Of a DNA stretch of 64,000 bases, positions 63,332 to 64,000 are shown piece after piece (positions within the stretch are counted from its first letter, which is position 1; every line of letters begins with the position of its first letter). Below the pieces are notes generated by a model that was given only the letters and a program-made list of their open reading frames with translations, made no database searches and was not told where the DNA came from. Origin of the DNA: Leucoraja ocellata (lineage: Eukaryota). The position numbers and the translations under genes were made by a program. Where the stretch lies: contig JAWMAR010001356.1 of assembly GCA_036785375.1 (NCBI GenBank), positions 186,001 to 250,000 on the forward strand, read 5' to 3'.

Positions 63332-63740
63332 TTTATCCGTTCCTATGTTTGTTTCATATGCGCTGAGAAGAAACAAACTGAGACCAAGTGAGACCTGCTG
63401 TTGATTAGAAAATACAGTTCGATGCATCGCAGATCAAGGACCACCACAATCTCAAACAATTAGAAAGCACAGTGAAAGCAAATTGATGCACAATGTTCCA
63501 CTAATTTGGAACTAAACCGCATCCACTTCATAGTCAAAGGATCGAAAGTCATAGCACATAAGGCGTTTAAATCGGCAATCTCACTGCAGCAAAATCACAT
63601 AACATTCTAAAGCAACATCGAACCAGCATTGCAATGAATGGGTAATTAATGTAGAAGAACAATTTAATATAATTATTAGAAATATAGGTTAAAATTACAA
63701 CTGGATACATCTAGAGACTGAATATGATGAAGTTTCTTAC

Positions 63741-63783
63741 CGCTGGTTACCGTCACCATGCTGCCTCCTCCCCAGTATTCAAG
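63741..63783 (-). CDS. IGHJ: Immunoglobulin heavy-chain joining (JH) segment, germline (unrearranged)
   Basis: Minus strand reads CTT GAA TAC TGG GGA GGA GGC AGC ATG GTG ACG GTA ACC AGC G|gtaag = LEYWGGGSMVTVTS. It has a WGxG motif and VTV, a phase-1 GTAAG donor, and an RSS directly abutting its 5' end. Confidence 0.95.
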
Positions 63784-63811
63784 CACAGTGAGACAGACCC
63801 GCACAAAAACC
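63784..63811 (-). promoter_or_regulatory. Recombination signal sequence of JH, 12-bp spacer
   Basis: Reading away from the J coding end on the + strand: heptamer CACAGTG (63784-63790), spacer AGACAGACCCGC (12 nt, 63791-63802), nonamer ACAAAAACC (63803-63811). Both motifs are perfect consensus. Confidence 0.95.
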
Positions 63812-64000
63812 TCACATACAGTCCACACTCAGGTTTCATTTGAAACACGATTTTAAATGGTCCAGCAGTTCACAGAGAACACAGTAAATATACATAACAC
63901 CAACAATCTCCCTTCGTCTCACTTGCGTTATGGAATGAGTATATTTTCGTGGTCTATGATTTTACACAACGCTATCGGTATGCGTGAGGCGAATATAAAA

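Noticed and set aside
63468-63500. Extra CACAGTG heptamer downstream of JH (also 62487, 30328, 27954)
   Set aside because: No nonamer at 12 or 23 bp and no J/D coding sequence. The 27954 and 30328 matches are part of a SINE 3' stem-loop.
63830-63910. Possible D segment upstream of JH (cacagag/cacagta, ggtttcatt)
   Set aside because: Heptamer and nonamer matches are poor and spacings do not fit 12 or 23. D segments are probably beyond the window.

Overview
Cartilaginous-fish (elasmobranch, probably skate/ray) genomic DNA containing the 3' part of an IgM heavy-chain cluster on the minus strand: JH (63741-63783), CH1, CH2, CH3, CH4+secretory tailpiece, TM1 and TM2. V and D segments are not in the window. 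Two things are unusual. (1) The JH carries a perfect-consensus RSS with a 12-bp spacer, whereas the canonical shark/skate IgM JH has a 22/23-bp spacer. (2) About 40 kb downstream, in the same orientation, lies a second, closely similar constant-region cassette (CH2-CH4/sec-TM1-TM2) with intact frames, splice sites and poly(A) signals but no V, D, J, CH1 or CH3 that I could find. CH3 was lost in a ~2.35-kb deletion whose junction is a chimeric CR1 LINE, and the duplication breakpoint abuts a 28S rRNA fragment. The ~38 kb between the two cassettes is a nested retroelement pile: CR1/HER1-type LINEs, Rex1/Babar-type LINEs, an L1-clade relic, three DIRS tyrosine-recombinase retrotransposons (one structurally complete), Penelope-like fragments, SINEs and minisatellites. 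Ig exon coordinates were read by hand from splice sites; repeat boundaries are approximate.
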